DNA from: Bdellovibrionota bacterium
GTDB taxonomy: Bacteria > Bdellovibrionota > UBA1018 > UBA923
DNA length: 48,408 nt
NCBI GenBank assembly: GCA_040754655.1
Contig: JBFMCE010000013.1
Coordinates: forward strand, 1 to 48,408
Direction of reading: 5' to 3'
This document shows positions 1 through 9,144 of this stretch, one piece after another (position 1 is the stretch's first letter; each line of letters begins with the position of its first letter). The translations under genes were made by a program, and so were the position numbers. The notes beneath the pieces were generated by a model. It was not told the origin of the DNA, did no database searches, and saw only the letters and a list, made by a program, of their open reading frames with translations.

Positions 1-181
1 GCTCGATCTTCCACTTGATCTGCTCTTCTCTAATGATTTGTTTAATCTGCTCGGCATGTCTTCTGAGCACCGGGAAATGTGCTTTGAGCACACAGTGGTT
101 GTATTGCTTAACTGAAATCTCTCTTCTTACTTTTCTTTTTGCATACTTCTTCTCTTTGAGAAGAGTCAGTTGTTGTCGCAT
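1..181 (-). CDS. Partial (5' end) probable Y1/IS200-like or REP-associated tyrosine transposase (RAYT-like); runs off the window start
   Basis: Not in the ORF track; translated by hand. ATG at 181 with GAGGA RBS upstream, open to base 1: MRQQLTLLKEKKYAKRKVRREISVKQYNHCVLKAHFPVLRRHAEQIKQIIREEQIKWKIE. The basic N-terminus, H-x-V-L-K strand and following helix resemble RAYT/Y1 N-termini. The HUH motif would lie outside the window. Confidence 0.5.
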   Translation of the reverse strand, partial: MRQQLTLLKEKKYAKRKVRREISVKQYNHCVLKAHFPVLRRHAEQIKQIIREEQIKWKIE

Positions 182-673
182 TTTTTTACTATCCTCATCG
201 GAAGAAAGACTTAAGTCCCTGACTGCTCGTAAAAAACTGACAAAGGCCTCTTCTTTTCAGAAAAAGATGGAGCAACACTCATGCCAGCTATTGGTGATCG
301 ATTTTTCATTTAAACGCACGCAAATTAAAATCGAGAGAAAAATCTCTCTTCGCGCAAAAGTCATCGCTGGGCCATGGTAAAGCAAAAGAATTGGACGCTA
401 TTTAACGTGTGGTTTCAGAATCGCAATTGAATACCGTCTGCTCATGCGGACAGTATTTTTTTCAAGAGCACGTGGAAATTTTTCAAAAAAAATTTCCGGG
501 CTATTCCGGACCGTCCCAGAAATGTTCCCGCGCCATCCCTAGAACCATCTCTAAGATGGCCATCTGCAAAAAACACTTTTGTAAAAAATCTTGTCTCATC
601 ACAAATTTTTGCGCCAATCCTAGGCACAAAAAACCATCACCCCTCATCGCCTTACTTTACCAAACACAGCCGC

Positions 674-733
674 AACTCGGCGGGCGCCGAGTTTGCTGGG
701 TCAACTTAAGCACAGCACTCGGCACGTGCCGAG
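674..733. repeat. Two REP-like GC-rich palindromes, consensus CTCGGC-N4-GCCGAG
   Basis: AACTCGGCG-gg-CGCCGAGTT at 674-693 and perfect palindrome CTCGGCACGTGCCGAG at 718-733. Confidence 0.65.
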
Positions 734-795
734 AACTCCGACCAAAACAATTCAGTTTTTAAGTATATAGAGCGCGGTAGAGTCGCGGCCCGAAT

Positions 796-851
796 CGGAT
801 TACGGATTACGGATTACGGATTACGGATTAAGGATCACGGATTACGGATCG
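796..851 (+). repeat. Heptamer tandem repeat (CGGATTA) x~8
   Basis: Five perfect CGGATTA units (796-830), then AGGATCA, CGGATTA, CGGATCG. Confidence 0.9.
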
Positions 852-901
852 ATACCGAATTCCGAATCCGGTTCCGTCAACCGCAATCCGTTACCCGTTT
901 T

Positions 902-1795
902 TTAAGCAGCTCCCGGACTCAAATACATCCCCGCCAAAATCAACACGATGCAAACAGCCTGCGACTTCGTAATCTTCTCCTTCAACACAAGAGCTGCAAA
1001 CGCAAGGGTCACCACGGGATAGGCTCCGGTGAGCGGAGTCACGACCGAAATAGGACCGGCCTGCGAAGCCAAGATCACGCCAAGGTCGCCCCCGGCCATC
1101 ATTCCCATCGGAAGAAAAGACCTTCCCCACTCGCGCAAGGAATGGACACCCTTCCTGCCATAAAGAATGCCGTAAACACCCAGGGTCAAAACCCCGCCGA
1201 TCGTATTGAACAGCGTCAAATTCGCATCGCTCGCCTGGGGCAACCCATAAGAATACTTCACCAAGGTTTGAGCGGCTCCCCAAAGCACCAGAGCAAAGAA
1301 GGCCAGCGGAATCCAGCGCCTGCTCGTGACCTTCGCATTGGGATCAGGTGGCGCATAAGAAAGCCCAATGCAACCCAAGATCACCAGAGCAACGCCAATG
1401 TATTGAATCGACAGAAGCTCTTCATGCAAAAAGATCCTAGCGAACAGCACGGTGAGCGCGGGATAAGCGGCAGACAAAGTACCAACGATAGTAATCGGCC
1501 CTGCGACGATCGATTGAAAATACAAGATCCATCCTGCGCCATCGAGAAGATACGCAAGTACGCCGACATAAAGAAACTCTCGGCCCTCAAGCGCAAACGG
1601 ATCGGGATGTTCGTGGGTGAAGAAGAACCCGAGATTCACCAAGGCTTTCGCCACGACGAAGTAAAGACAGAACCTTGCGGGCGGGACCTCTGAGATCCAT
1701 TTTTTCACCAACCCTTGGCCAATTCCGTACAGGAAAAGCGCCATCAGCGCCGGGGTCAACCAAACCAAAATACTGCTATCGTTTGGAGGGGCCAT
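902..1795 (-). CDS. EamA/DMT family transporter
   Basis: 297 aa, about 10 TM helices in two repeats (GPITIVGTLSAAYPALTVLFARIFLHE / GPISVVTPLTGAYPVVTLAFAALVLKE). Confidence 0.9.
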   Translation of the reverse strand: MAPPNDSSILVWLTPALMALFLYGIGQGLVKKWISEVPPARFCLYFVVAKALVNLGFFFTHEHPDPFALEGREFLYVGVLAYLLDGAGWILYFQSIVAGPITIVGTLSAAYPALTVLFARIFLHEELLSIQYIGVALVILGCIGLSYAPPDPNAKVTSRRWIPLAFFALVLWGAAQTLVKYSYGLPQASDANLTLFNTIGGVLTLGVYGILYGRKGVHSLREWGRSFLPMGMMAGGDLGVILASQAGPISVVTPLTGAYPVVTLAFAALVLKEKITKSQAVCIVLILAGMYLSPGAA

Positions 1796-3269
1796 TCTTT
1801 TTCCTCTTCTCCGAGACCGGCCCGCGCAATCCGCGGACAGGCTTAAGGTTCGACAATATCTGTTTACTTACGCGAGCGGCCGAAAGAAAAGCCCCGTCTG
1901 AGTGCGAGCTCTCCGTGAAGTCGCCTGCGAAATAAATCCTGTTTTCAGGGCGCCTGATCTCGTTTGACAGCTCATCAAAGCGCGATCGACCCACTGGCCA
2001 TGCCGCTATAGCACGAGGATGATAACGATAAAACTCAATAGAATGTATTTCTTTTGAAAAACCCGGCCACAAACGGTCGAATTCGGCCTTGATGATCCCC
2101 CTCACTTGGTCAAGCGGCATCAAATTGAAGGCCTCAGCGCTTGGGCCGTGGGTCAATAGAGAAAGAATCTTGGTTTTGGCCTGTTGATCAGGGTTACCGT
2201 CGTAGATGACGCCGAGCGAGGAGTCGGAAAGGATGGGCAAAAAAGAATTTCCTTTTGAATCTGACCAATACTTCTTGGCTGATTCAGGCACGAAAACATG
2301 CGCCTTGAAATAAGCCCCGTGCGTTTGGCTTGCGATCGCTTGTTGTTTTTTCTGTGACAGCGGTGGATCGAATTGCACTTCGAACAAACGGAACAGCGGG
2401 ATCGTATTCACCACGTGAGAGGCCACGATCACCCCGCTCTGGTTCGTCGCAAGATCGAGATAAGAAACCCGTACCTTGTCTCCGCGGCTCGTGAGCTGGG
2501 TGACGCGCTTGTTTAAACTGATATTTTGAAGGCCAGCCGAGCGCGCAAGCGCATCAGTAAATTTTTCATTTCCGCCGACCACGCGATAGCTCTCCTCTCC
2601 CCGACCCAGAAAGATGTGAAATTCTGCGATTCCATCCAGGGCTGAAATCGCATTCCAAACCGCGCCGATCTCGCACTCAATCGAAACACGGATCCAGTTT
2701 TCGACCTTCTTGGGAAGGCCTTGCTTCAAAACCCAATCTGCAAAAGAAACGTCCTTAAGCTTCAAAAGCTCTGCGCGGGCCAATGAAGACTTCTTGAGCT
2801 CAGTCACCATGGGTTCAATCTTTTGCTTAAAACCCTCAAGCTCAGCGTATTCACCCGGACTGAAAATGCGTTTCAAAAACGAGATCGAATCGTCTTCCGC
2901 TTGCAAAGTCTGTAGCTTTCCATCCAGCACTATGCTCGACGCTGCGAAGTCATGGCGCACCGGAAGTTTAAGTTCCTTCAAAATCTTCACCGCGGGGTTG
3001 CTCTCCCAATACTCTTCCATTCCTGAATCGGCATAGAGTTTGGGCTCGCCGGGCCTAGCGTATTCAACCGTGCGCACCCGTCCCCCGACCCGCGGAGTGA
3101 GCTCGAGGATATGGTAGCCCACGCCCGCGCGTTTGAGTTCATGTGCAGTGGCAAGACCGCTCAAGCCTGCGCCGATCACCAACACATCCACCTCAGTGGG
3201 AATTTTCGCCCACGCCGAAAAACACAGAAAGTACAGGACACACAGCGATCGAATGAATACGTGTTTCAC
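1776..3269 (-). CDS. Flavin-dependent amine oxidase (MAO/polyamine oxidase family), possible signal peptide
   Basis: DVLVIGAGLSGLATA dinucleotide fold, RVGGRV, C-terminal IYFAGDFT..DGAFLSA. Likely GTG start at 3269 (track ORF opens at 3329). Confidence 0.85.
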   Translation of the reverse strand: MKHVFIRSLCVLYFLCFSAWAKIPTEVDVLVIGAGLSGLATAHELKRAGVGYHILELTPRVGGRVRTVEYARPGEPKLYADSGMEEYWESNPAVKILKELKLPVRHDFAASSIVLDGKLQTLQAEDDSISFLKRIFSPGEYAELEGFKQKIEPMVTELKKSSLARAELLKLKDVSFADWVLKQGLPKKVENWIRVSIECEIGAVWNAISALDGIAEFHIFLGRGEESYRVVGGNEKFTDALARSAGLQNISLNKRVTQLTSRGDKVRVSYLDLATNQSGVIVASHVVNTIPLFRLFEVQFDPPLSQKKQQAIASQTHGAYFKAHVFVPESAKKYWSDSKGNSFLPILSDSSLGVIYDGNPDQQAKTKILSLLTHGPSAEAFNLMPLDQVRGIIKAEFDRLWPGFSKEIHSIEFYRYHPRAIAAWPVGRSRFDELSNEIRRPENRIYFAGDFTESSHSDGAFLSAARVSKQILSNLKPVRGLRGPVSEKRKKNGPSKR

Positions 3270-3362
3270 TTGACTAAACCCCTCAAATCGTGATGCACCA
3301 CACAAAATTTCAATAAACCCGAAAACCATTGGTCTGGCAAGAGCCCAAAGGAGCTATGGCAT

Positions 3363-4859
3363 ATGAAGACTAGCCGAATTCTGATTAACGGAGAGTGGGT
3401 TCAAGCTCGCTCTACCCAAACTAGAGATGTCCAGAACCCCGCCACCCTTGAAATCATAGGACGAGTCTCGGATTGCGCGCAAGAAGACGTAGATGCCGCT
3501 GTAAGCGCCGCCTTTAAGGCTCAGAGAGCATGGTGGAAAACCCCCGGCGTTGAGAAGGCCAAGCTTTTGCGGGAAGTGGGCGCAAGAATACGCGCTAAAG
3601 AACACGAGCTCTCGCAACTCATGACACTGGAAACGGGCAAACCTCTCTGCGAAGCCATTGACTGCATTGACTGGGTCGCGGCCTGTTTTGAGTACTATTC
3701 GGAGGTCGCGCGAGCCAGCTACGGAAACTCGATCCCTCCTGTGGCTCCCCACCAGATCAATTTTACGATCAAAGAACCCTACGGCGTCGTAGCGGGAATC
3801 GTGCCTTTCAATTTTCCGCTGTTGTTGATGTCTTGGAAAGTCGCTCCAGCCATCGCCGCGGGAAATACGATGGTCTGCAAGCCGCCTCATCAGAATCCTT
3901 TGTGCAACCTCTTGATGGCGGAATGCTATAGTCACTTGCCCCCCGGCGTGGTCAACGTGATCACGGGCGGCCCAGACACGGGTGAACTTCTCGTGAAGCA
4001 TCCAAAGGTGGATCTCATTGCATTCACAGGTTCGACAAAGGCAGGCCGCAAAATCGCGGCTCTTGCGGGCGAAAATCTAAAAAAACTCAACCTTGAACTC
4101 GGAAGCGTTGACCCCTTCATTGTCTTTGAAGACGCCGACCTTGACGTCGCCTCCCGCGGAGTCGCCTGGGCTAGGCTGTTGAACGCAGGTCAAGTGTGCA
4201 CCTCTTCAAAACGCATTTACGTCGTAAAATCCATTGCAGAAGAGTTCACCAAACGAATTCATGAACACGTGCGCTCGATTCGGCTGGGTGACCCCATGAA
4301 ACCCGAGACCGACGTAGGGCCGCTGATTTCCGCTGAAGCTTTGGAAACCGTTGAACGCCAAGTAGCCCAAGCCTTGGAAGAAGGCGCAAAACCTCTCATG
4401 GGCGGGAAACGCGCGAAGGTGCCAGGATTGAAGGGCCATTACTTTGAGCCCACGATCTTGACCCATGTGAAACATGGCAGCCTTCCGACACGCGAGGAAA
4501 TTTTTGGCCCGGTGTTGTCGATCACGGTGGCCGACTCCGCTGACGCGGCGATTGAAATGGCCAATGATTCAAATTATGGCTTGGGAGCCTGCATTTACAC
4601 GAACAATCTACAAGTCGCGATGAAGGCGATGGAAAACATCAAGGCCGGGACTTTCTGGATCAATGATCCTTTGACCGATAACGACGCCGGCCCTTTTGGC
4701 GGAATGAGATGGAGCGGGATGGGACGAGAACTTGGAGAAGAGGGCCTTGACGCCTTCCGCGAACCCAAACACGTGCATCTTGATTATGTGATGGAAGCCA
4801 AGCCGTATTGGTACCCGTACAAGAATCGAAAACTGCCTACACCTGGCTCGCACGTATAA
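3363..4859 (+). CDS. NAD(P)-dependent aldehyde dehydrogenase (aminoaldehyde/betaine-aldehyde-like)
   Basis: PFNFP, FTGST, LELG, NAGQVC (catalytic Cys), EEIFGP, PFGG motifs; GGAG RBS. Confidence 0.95.
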   Translation: MKTSRILINGEWVQARSTQTRDVQNPATLEIIGRVSDCAQEDVDAAVSAAFKAQRAWWKTPGVEKAKLLREVGARIRAKEHELSQLMTLETGKPLCEAIDCIDWVAACFEYYSEVARASYGNSIPPVAPHQINFTIKEPYGVVAGIVPFNFPLLLMSWKVAPAIAAGNTMVCKPPHQNPLCNLLMAECYSHLPPGVVNVITGGPDTGELLVKHPKVDLIAFTGSTKAGRKIAALAGENLKKLNLELGSVDPFIVFEDADLDVASRGVAWARLLNAGQVCTSSKRIYVVKSIAEEFTKRIHEHVRSIRLGDPMKPETDVGPLISAEALETVERQVAQALEEGAKPLMGGKRAKVPGLKGHYFEPTILTHVKHGSLPTREEIFGPVLSITVADSADAAIEMANDSNYGLGACIYTNNLQVAMKAMENIKAGTFWINDPLTDNDAGPFGGMRWSGMGRELGEEGLDAFREPKHVHLDYVMEAKPYWYPYKNRKLPTPGSHV

Positions 4860-4865
4860 ACGACT

Positions 4866-6059
4866 ATGAAATACGTTGTCATTGGTGGCGCGGGCGCCAT
4901 GGGGCGGATCACGGTAAAAGACTTGGTTGAAACTTGCGCGAAGACGGATCAAATCGTCATCGCCGATTTCGACCTGAATAAAGCAAAAGCTCTTGCGGCC
5001 TCATTCGCAGACAACAGGGTTTCGGCTGTTCACGTCGACGTGAAAAATCACCAGAGCACGGCCAACGCTTTGAGTGGTGCTTTTGTCGCGATCAACGCGG
5101 TTCAGTATCAAATGAACCTCGACGTCATGGAAGCGGCGCTCGCGGCTCGTTGCCACTATATCGACTACGGCGGGCTTTTTCACACGACGCTAAAACAACT
5201 TGAATTGGGTGACCGCTTCAAACGCATCGGGAGACTGGCCCTGCTTGGCATGGGAGCCGCGCCCGGCATCACCAACATCCTTTCGCGCCATGCAGCCGAT
5301 CAACTCGAACGCGTGACCGAGATCCACACGCGCGTGGCCTCGATGGACAAAACGAAATACGCACCCAAACCCGCTTTGGCGATCTCTTACTCGCTGAAGA
5401 CCATACTTGAAGAGTTTTCATTTGAGCCGGCCGTTTTCACCAAAGGCAAAATGACCTTTGTCGAACCGATGTCAGGAGATTTGCCGCATCGTTTCCCGGC
5501 GCCCATTGGTTTACGAAAACCGATGTACACGATCCACTCTGAGGTCGCCACGCTTCCCCATTCGTTTGCGAGCAAGGGCGTAAAGGAAGTCAGCTTCAAG
5601 ATCGCATTTGACCCGGAATTCGTAGATCGCGTGCGTTTTTTGCGTGATCTCGGATTTGGTTCGCATGACCCCGTTGAGGTTGCCGGCGGAGTTCGCGTAG
5701 CCCCAATCGATGTGGCGAATAAAGTAGCCATGTCTCAACCCGCATCGCGCCAAGTCGGCCAGCTGAAGCAGTATGAAGTGGTACGAGCCGTGGTAAAAGG
5801 AACGAAAAAAGGCAGAAAAGTGACATGGGTCATCGACTGCCACACTGCAGGGATGCCTGCTTGGGGAATAGGCCTGGATATTGACACCGGATCGCCTCCG
5901 GCGATCGCGGCCCAAATGCTTGCCGCTGGCGAGATCATCGAGACTGGCGCTTTGCCCGCTGAACTTGCGGTTCCGCCAGAGGCCTTTTTCAAACATCTCA
6001 AGAAAAGAAAAATGACCGTCAAGGCGACGAGAAAATCCGGATGGGGCTTCAAGGTTTAA
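4866..6059 (+). CDS. Saccharopine dehydrogenase family oxidoreductase (carboxy(nor)spermidine dehydrogenase-like)
   Basis: IGGAGAMG Rossmann motif, CHYID, GMGAAPGITN, HSEVATLP, C-terminal TGSPPAIAA..GALPAE. Confidence 0.85.
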   Translation: MKYVVIGGAGAMGRITVKDLVETCAKTDQIVIADFDLNKAKALAASFADNRVSAVHVDVKNHQSTANALSGAFVAINAVQYQMNLDVMEAALAARCHYIDYGGLFHTTLKQLELGDRFKRIGRLALLGMGAAPGITNILSRHAADQLERVTEIHTRVASMDKTKYAPKPALAISYSLKTILEEFSFEPAVFTKGKMTFVEPMSGDLPHRFPAPIGLRKPMYTIHSEVATLPHSFASKGVKEVSFKIAFDPEFVDRVRFLRDLGFGSHDPVEVAGGVRVAPIDVANKVAMSQPASRQVGQLKQYEVVRAVVKGTKKGRKVTWVIDCHTAGMPAWGIGLDIDTGSPPAIAAQMLAAGEIIETGALPAELAVPPEAFFKHLKKRKMTVKATRKSGWGFKV

Positions 6060-6901
6060 AAAGGAAGCGTCATTTTAAGGCCTAAGGCGCTGGGTTTCCA
6101 CGCTGAGGGCGCGCTGGAACTTGGCAAGACCGAGGGCGCGTTTACGCGCGGAAACACGTGCTGCTCATCCCAGATAGCGAGAACGTCAAACCACGCATGC
6201 GCGAAAATGCTTTTGCGCAGATCGTACGCGTTGCGATGGGTCTGCCAACAAAACAACATCCCAGCAAGGAAACGCGACCCCAAGACCAAGAAGCTGCGCG
6301 ACGCCGCGGTTCCATCAATCATGTGAGCGGCCGAGAACAAAGCTGACGAGGTGATCGCTCCGGCCCAGCGCGAACCGGTGAGATGCGAAAACCCTGGGAA
6401 TAAAAAACCTCGAAAAAGAGCCTCCTCGCCGAGCCCCACAAACCCCATGCTGACCGGAACAAGAATCGGGTTCCTAGGAGCGGTAACTTGATAACCGCCT
6501 CTTCCTCTGCGATGCACCCCAATGGCCTGAACGCCAACCAGGGAAGCACCGATCGGATCGATGATGTTGAGAGGATTGAAGGTGGCGAGGTAGTTTTGAT
6601 AGACGTTGTACTTCGTGGTGTCTTTGGCGCCGGCGTCGCGGTACGCGTCATACATATTGTACATCCACAAATCGAACGCGGCTTGCCTGACGTTGGGATT
6701 GAAATGAAGCATCCCTCCGACCACTGTGGCGAGCCAGGCCCCACCCTCTAAATGATCTCCATTTAGAGCCTGTCCCAATCCTGGGATAAGACTTGCGGTG
6801 CCGGCGATGCCAGGCTCTGCAGCATGAGACTTTCCTGGGGCTCCGAGCAGCAGCGCGAGCGGTAAAACCCCTAGAACCCGTTTCAAAAATGCCCATGCCA
6901 T
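6056..6901 (-). CDS. CPBP (CAAX/Abi) family intramembrane glutamic endopeptidase
   Basis: EEALFRG, FSAAH, HAWFD motifs. Probable start at 6901 with a signal peptide-like N-terminus. Confidence 0.85.
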   Translation of the reverse strand: MAWAFLKRVLGVLPLALLLGAPGKSHAAEPGIAGTASLIPGLGQALNGDHLEGGAWLATVVGGMLHFNPNVRQAAFDLWMYNMYDAYRDAGAKDTTKYNVYQNYLATFNPLNIIDPIGASLVGVQAIGVHRRGRGGYQVTAPRNPILVPVSMGFVGLGEEALFRGFLFPGFSHLTGSRWAGAITSSALFSAAHMIDGTAASRSFLVLGSRFLAGMLFCWQTHRNAYDLRKSIFAHAWFDVLAIWDEQHVFPRVNAPSVLPSSSAPSAWKPSALGLKMTLPF

Positions 6902-6983
6902 GGGAATACGAAAGCGCGCTTCACGTAAGCTCGCGCAGCCATTCGCATTAGCGGGCACTTTTGAGATGGGTTTTATGAAGCTC

Positions 6984-7508
6984 TCAAAGAGCTGTGATCC
7001 AATGGCGCGAAACACTCGGTCCATTGTACCAAATGGTGCCGAGAAAGGGTCGCTTGCTTAGGACGTATGGCAAGAAATGCCGATCTCCAGGCCAGAGATT
7101 GAGCGAGAGAAGGTCATTTTTATCGATCCAAGAAAGTTTACCTTCCGCACTCTCCGTCAGAGGTCTGGCTTCGCCTGAGACCATGGCCGTAAATACAAAT
7201 ACGATCCAATCTTCAGATTTGGTTGGTTTGAAATTCGGGAATTGAACGACGCCTAGTGGATGAAAGCTCTCCATGGATATACGAACGCCGCACTCTTCTT
7301 CAACCTCGCGAGCAGCTGCCTCAAGCGGGCTTTCATCGGCTTCGCACTTCCCACCCAGGCCATTCCACTTTCCAAGATGGAAATCTTCTTGCTTTGAGAC
7401 ACGGTGGAGCATCAAGATTTTTTGATCACGCTCGAGATAAACAAGCACGGCAGGAATGGCTTTGCGGGCACCTTGTTCGTACGGGTTCGAAGATAAGTGA
7501 GTCGGCAT
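6984..7508 (-). CDS. NUDIX hydrolase, 8-oxo-dGTP diphosphatase (MutT/MutX/MTH1-like)
   Basis: GKWNGLGGKCEADESPLEAAAREVEEECG Nudix box; LWPGDRHFLP. Confidence 0.9.
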   Translation of the reverse strand: MPTHLSSNPYEQGARKAIPAVLVYLERDQKILMLHRVSKQEDFHLGKWNGLGGKCEADESPLEAAAREVEEECGVRISMESFHPLGVVQFPNFKPTKSEDWIVFVFTAMVSGEARPLTESAEGKLSWIDKNDLLSLNLWPGDRHFLPYVLSKRPFLGTIWYNGPSVSRHWITAL

Positions 7509-7710
7509 GGCGAGGCAATAACACGACCTTAAACTTCAGGCCAGCCAGAGATCCGTGAAAGATCCAAACTCAACTGTCTTTGTAAGATCTCTGGCTGCAT
7601 CCTAATTTTTTCGGGCCATCAGAGGTTGCGCTTTGCAAGACCTCTGAAATGGTCAAATGCACGGCGCTTCAATTGCCATGCACTGCCTGACGATCAACGT
7701 CTAGCCAAGA

Positions 7711-7935
7711 TCAAGCTGCGCGACGAGCGCGGCTGCTGTGAGCGGCACGACGAGAAGAAACTTGAGTCTTTGTTGAAGCTGGGCGACGGCGCCGCTCAAG
7801 AGCGGGGCTCATCATCTCTGTGCGGCTACTTGAAGTTTTCTTGCTGTTTCGGCGAGCGCTCGTGGCCGGACGACGAGAAGCCTTAGTGGATGAACTTTTA
7901 CGAGCAGAACTGCGACTGGTAGTTGTACGAGGCAT
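7711..7935 (-). CDS. Small very basic Ser/Arg/Thr-rich protein (histone H1/protamine-like), 74 aa
   Basis: AAGGAGG RBS before ATG 7935; MPRTTTSRSSARKSSSTKASRRPATSARRNSKK...SRARRAA. Confidence 0.7.
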   Translation of the reverse strand: MPRTTTSRSSARKSSSTKASRRPATSARRNSKKTSSSRTEMMSPALERRRRPASTKTQVSSRRAAHSSRARRAA

Positions 7936-8244
7936 TTTCATACCCTCCTTAAAAGTGAAGTCATCTTTTGTGACGTTAAGAAACGAGAGACGCATTTGCA
8001 AACTTGATACCAACGATCTCGCTTGATTCTGCAGTGAGAGCGGCACTCAAGCCGTCGAGAGGCGAGCCTCACTAAATGGGACGATAGTTTTTCAGGCACA
8101 TGGCGTTTGTAGATCCTCCAAAGACATGCTCCCTCTCCGTTCTCGGTGCAGTCGTCCTTGCCCACGCCCGCCTCTACTCGCCTACTTCTGGAACCTGGCA
8201 CCTTCCGTGCAGCCACAGAGGACCAACATGCGAGGAAACCCGTG

Positions 8245-8412
8245 ATGAATTCAAAATGCATTGTTTGTGGGACAAAAGTAAATGAAGCCGACGTGAACCG
8301 TTTTTCAGTTGAGCTGCGAAACCAGCCCTTCCCTACTTGTAGCCCCGGTCACCAGCGCGAAGCCCAGCAGAACCCCGAGAAGTATCTGCAGATCGCAGAC
8401 AGTTGCTGCTAA
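8245..8412 (+). CDS. YHS/TRASH-like small metal-binding protein, 55 aa
   Basis: GAGGA RBS; CIVCG..V ... FPTCSPGH ... NPEKYL pattern; C-terminal SCC. Confidence 0.7.
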   Translation: MNSKCIVCGTKVNEADVNRFSVELRNQPFPTCSPGHQREAQQNPEKYLQIADSCC

Positions 8413-8445
8413 CCCGCTGACTTAAAGCCACGGCTGGAAGTGGCG

Positions 8446-9144
8446 CTAATCGATTCGGGGGTGCCTCGAAAAAACACCGCCTAAAAACAAAGCCCACGCA
8501 GAGCCAAGGAAAAACCCGCTAAAAAGATCGCTGGGATAGTGAACGCCAAGATAGGCTCGCGAAAAGCTAACTGCACCGATCAGAAGCAGCGCAACGCAAA
8601 AAAGCACGACCCTTCCTGAAAAAGATTTCCAATAATACGCCGCAATGATCGCCAGACTTAAATAAATTGCGGCCGCACTCAACGAATGCCCGCTGGGATA
8701 GGAATAGCCCGTGACATCAACCAGGTGAGAAACTGCGGTCGGCCTGGCCCTGCCCACCAACTCCTTGATCGCGCGCGTCCAGAAAATACTTCCGAGGCTG
8801 GCGACGCTGAGATGGATGAACCCACGCCAGTTTCGAAGGACTGCTAAAATCGCGAGCGCGAAGATTGAAAAAAAAGTTAAGAGCACAGGAGAACCCAATG
8901 CGGTTACGTCGACCGCCGGCCCGTTCCAGGCGGCCCTGCGTATCTTCGAAAGGGCGATCAAAAACCGGGAATCAAAAGATTCTAGGTCTCCATTCACGTG
9001 AAGCCGCCATGTGAGAGTGAAGAAGAGCCCGAACGCAAATCCTGCGGCTGAAAGCCAGTACAGAAGATGCGCGCCTTTTGACGAAAAGAATTTCGCAGAA
9101 GCCTTGGTTCGCCTTCTCACTCTTCGAAGCGCACTCCCAGCCAT
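8446..9144 (-). CDS. PAP2 family membrane phosphatase
   Basis: KELVGRARP, SYPSGH, SRAYLGVHYPSD motifs. Confidence 0.92.
   Translation of the reverse strand: MAGSALRRVRRRTKASAKFFSSKGAHLLYWLSAAGFAFGLFFTLTWRLHVNGDLESFDSRFLIALSKIRRAAWNGPAVDVTALGSPVLLTFFSIFALAILAVLRNWRGFIHLSVASLGSIFWTRAIKELVGRARPTAVSHLVDVTGYSYPSGHSLSAAAIYLSLAIIAAYYWKSFSGRVVLFCVALLLIGAVSFSRAYLGVHYPSDLFSGFFLGSAWALFLGGVFSRHPRID

Noticed and set aside
15..762. Plus-strand ORFs 15-380 and 409-762 and minus-strand ORF 442-627
   Set aside because: No RBS or recognisable motifs. 15-380 is antisense to the better-supported minus-strand ORF starting at 181, and the rest is palindrome-rich non-coding-like DNA.
796..851. Possible CRISPR array
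   Set aside because: Contiguous 7-bp units with no spacers, and no cas genes in the window.
8100..8285. 61-aa ORF and the 88-aa extended version of the YHS ORF
   Set aside because: No motifs or RBS; the RBS-supported start is at 8245.
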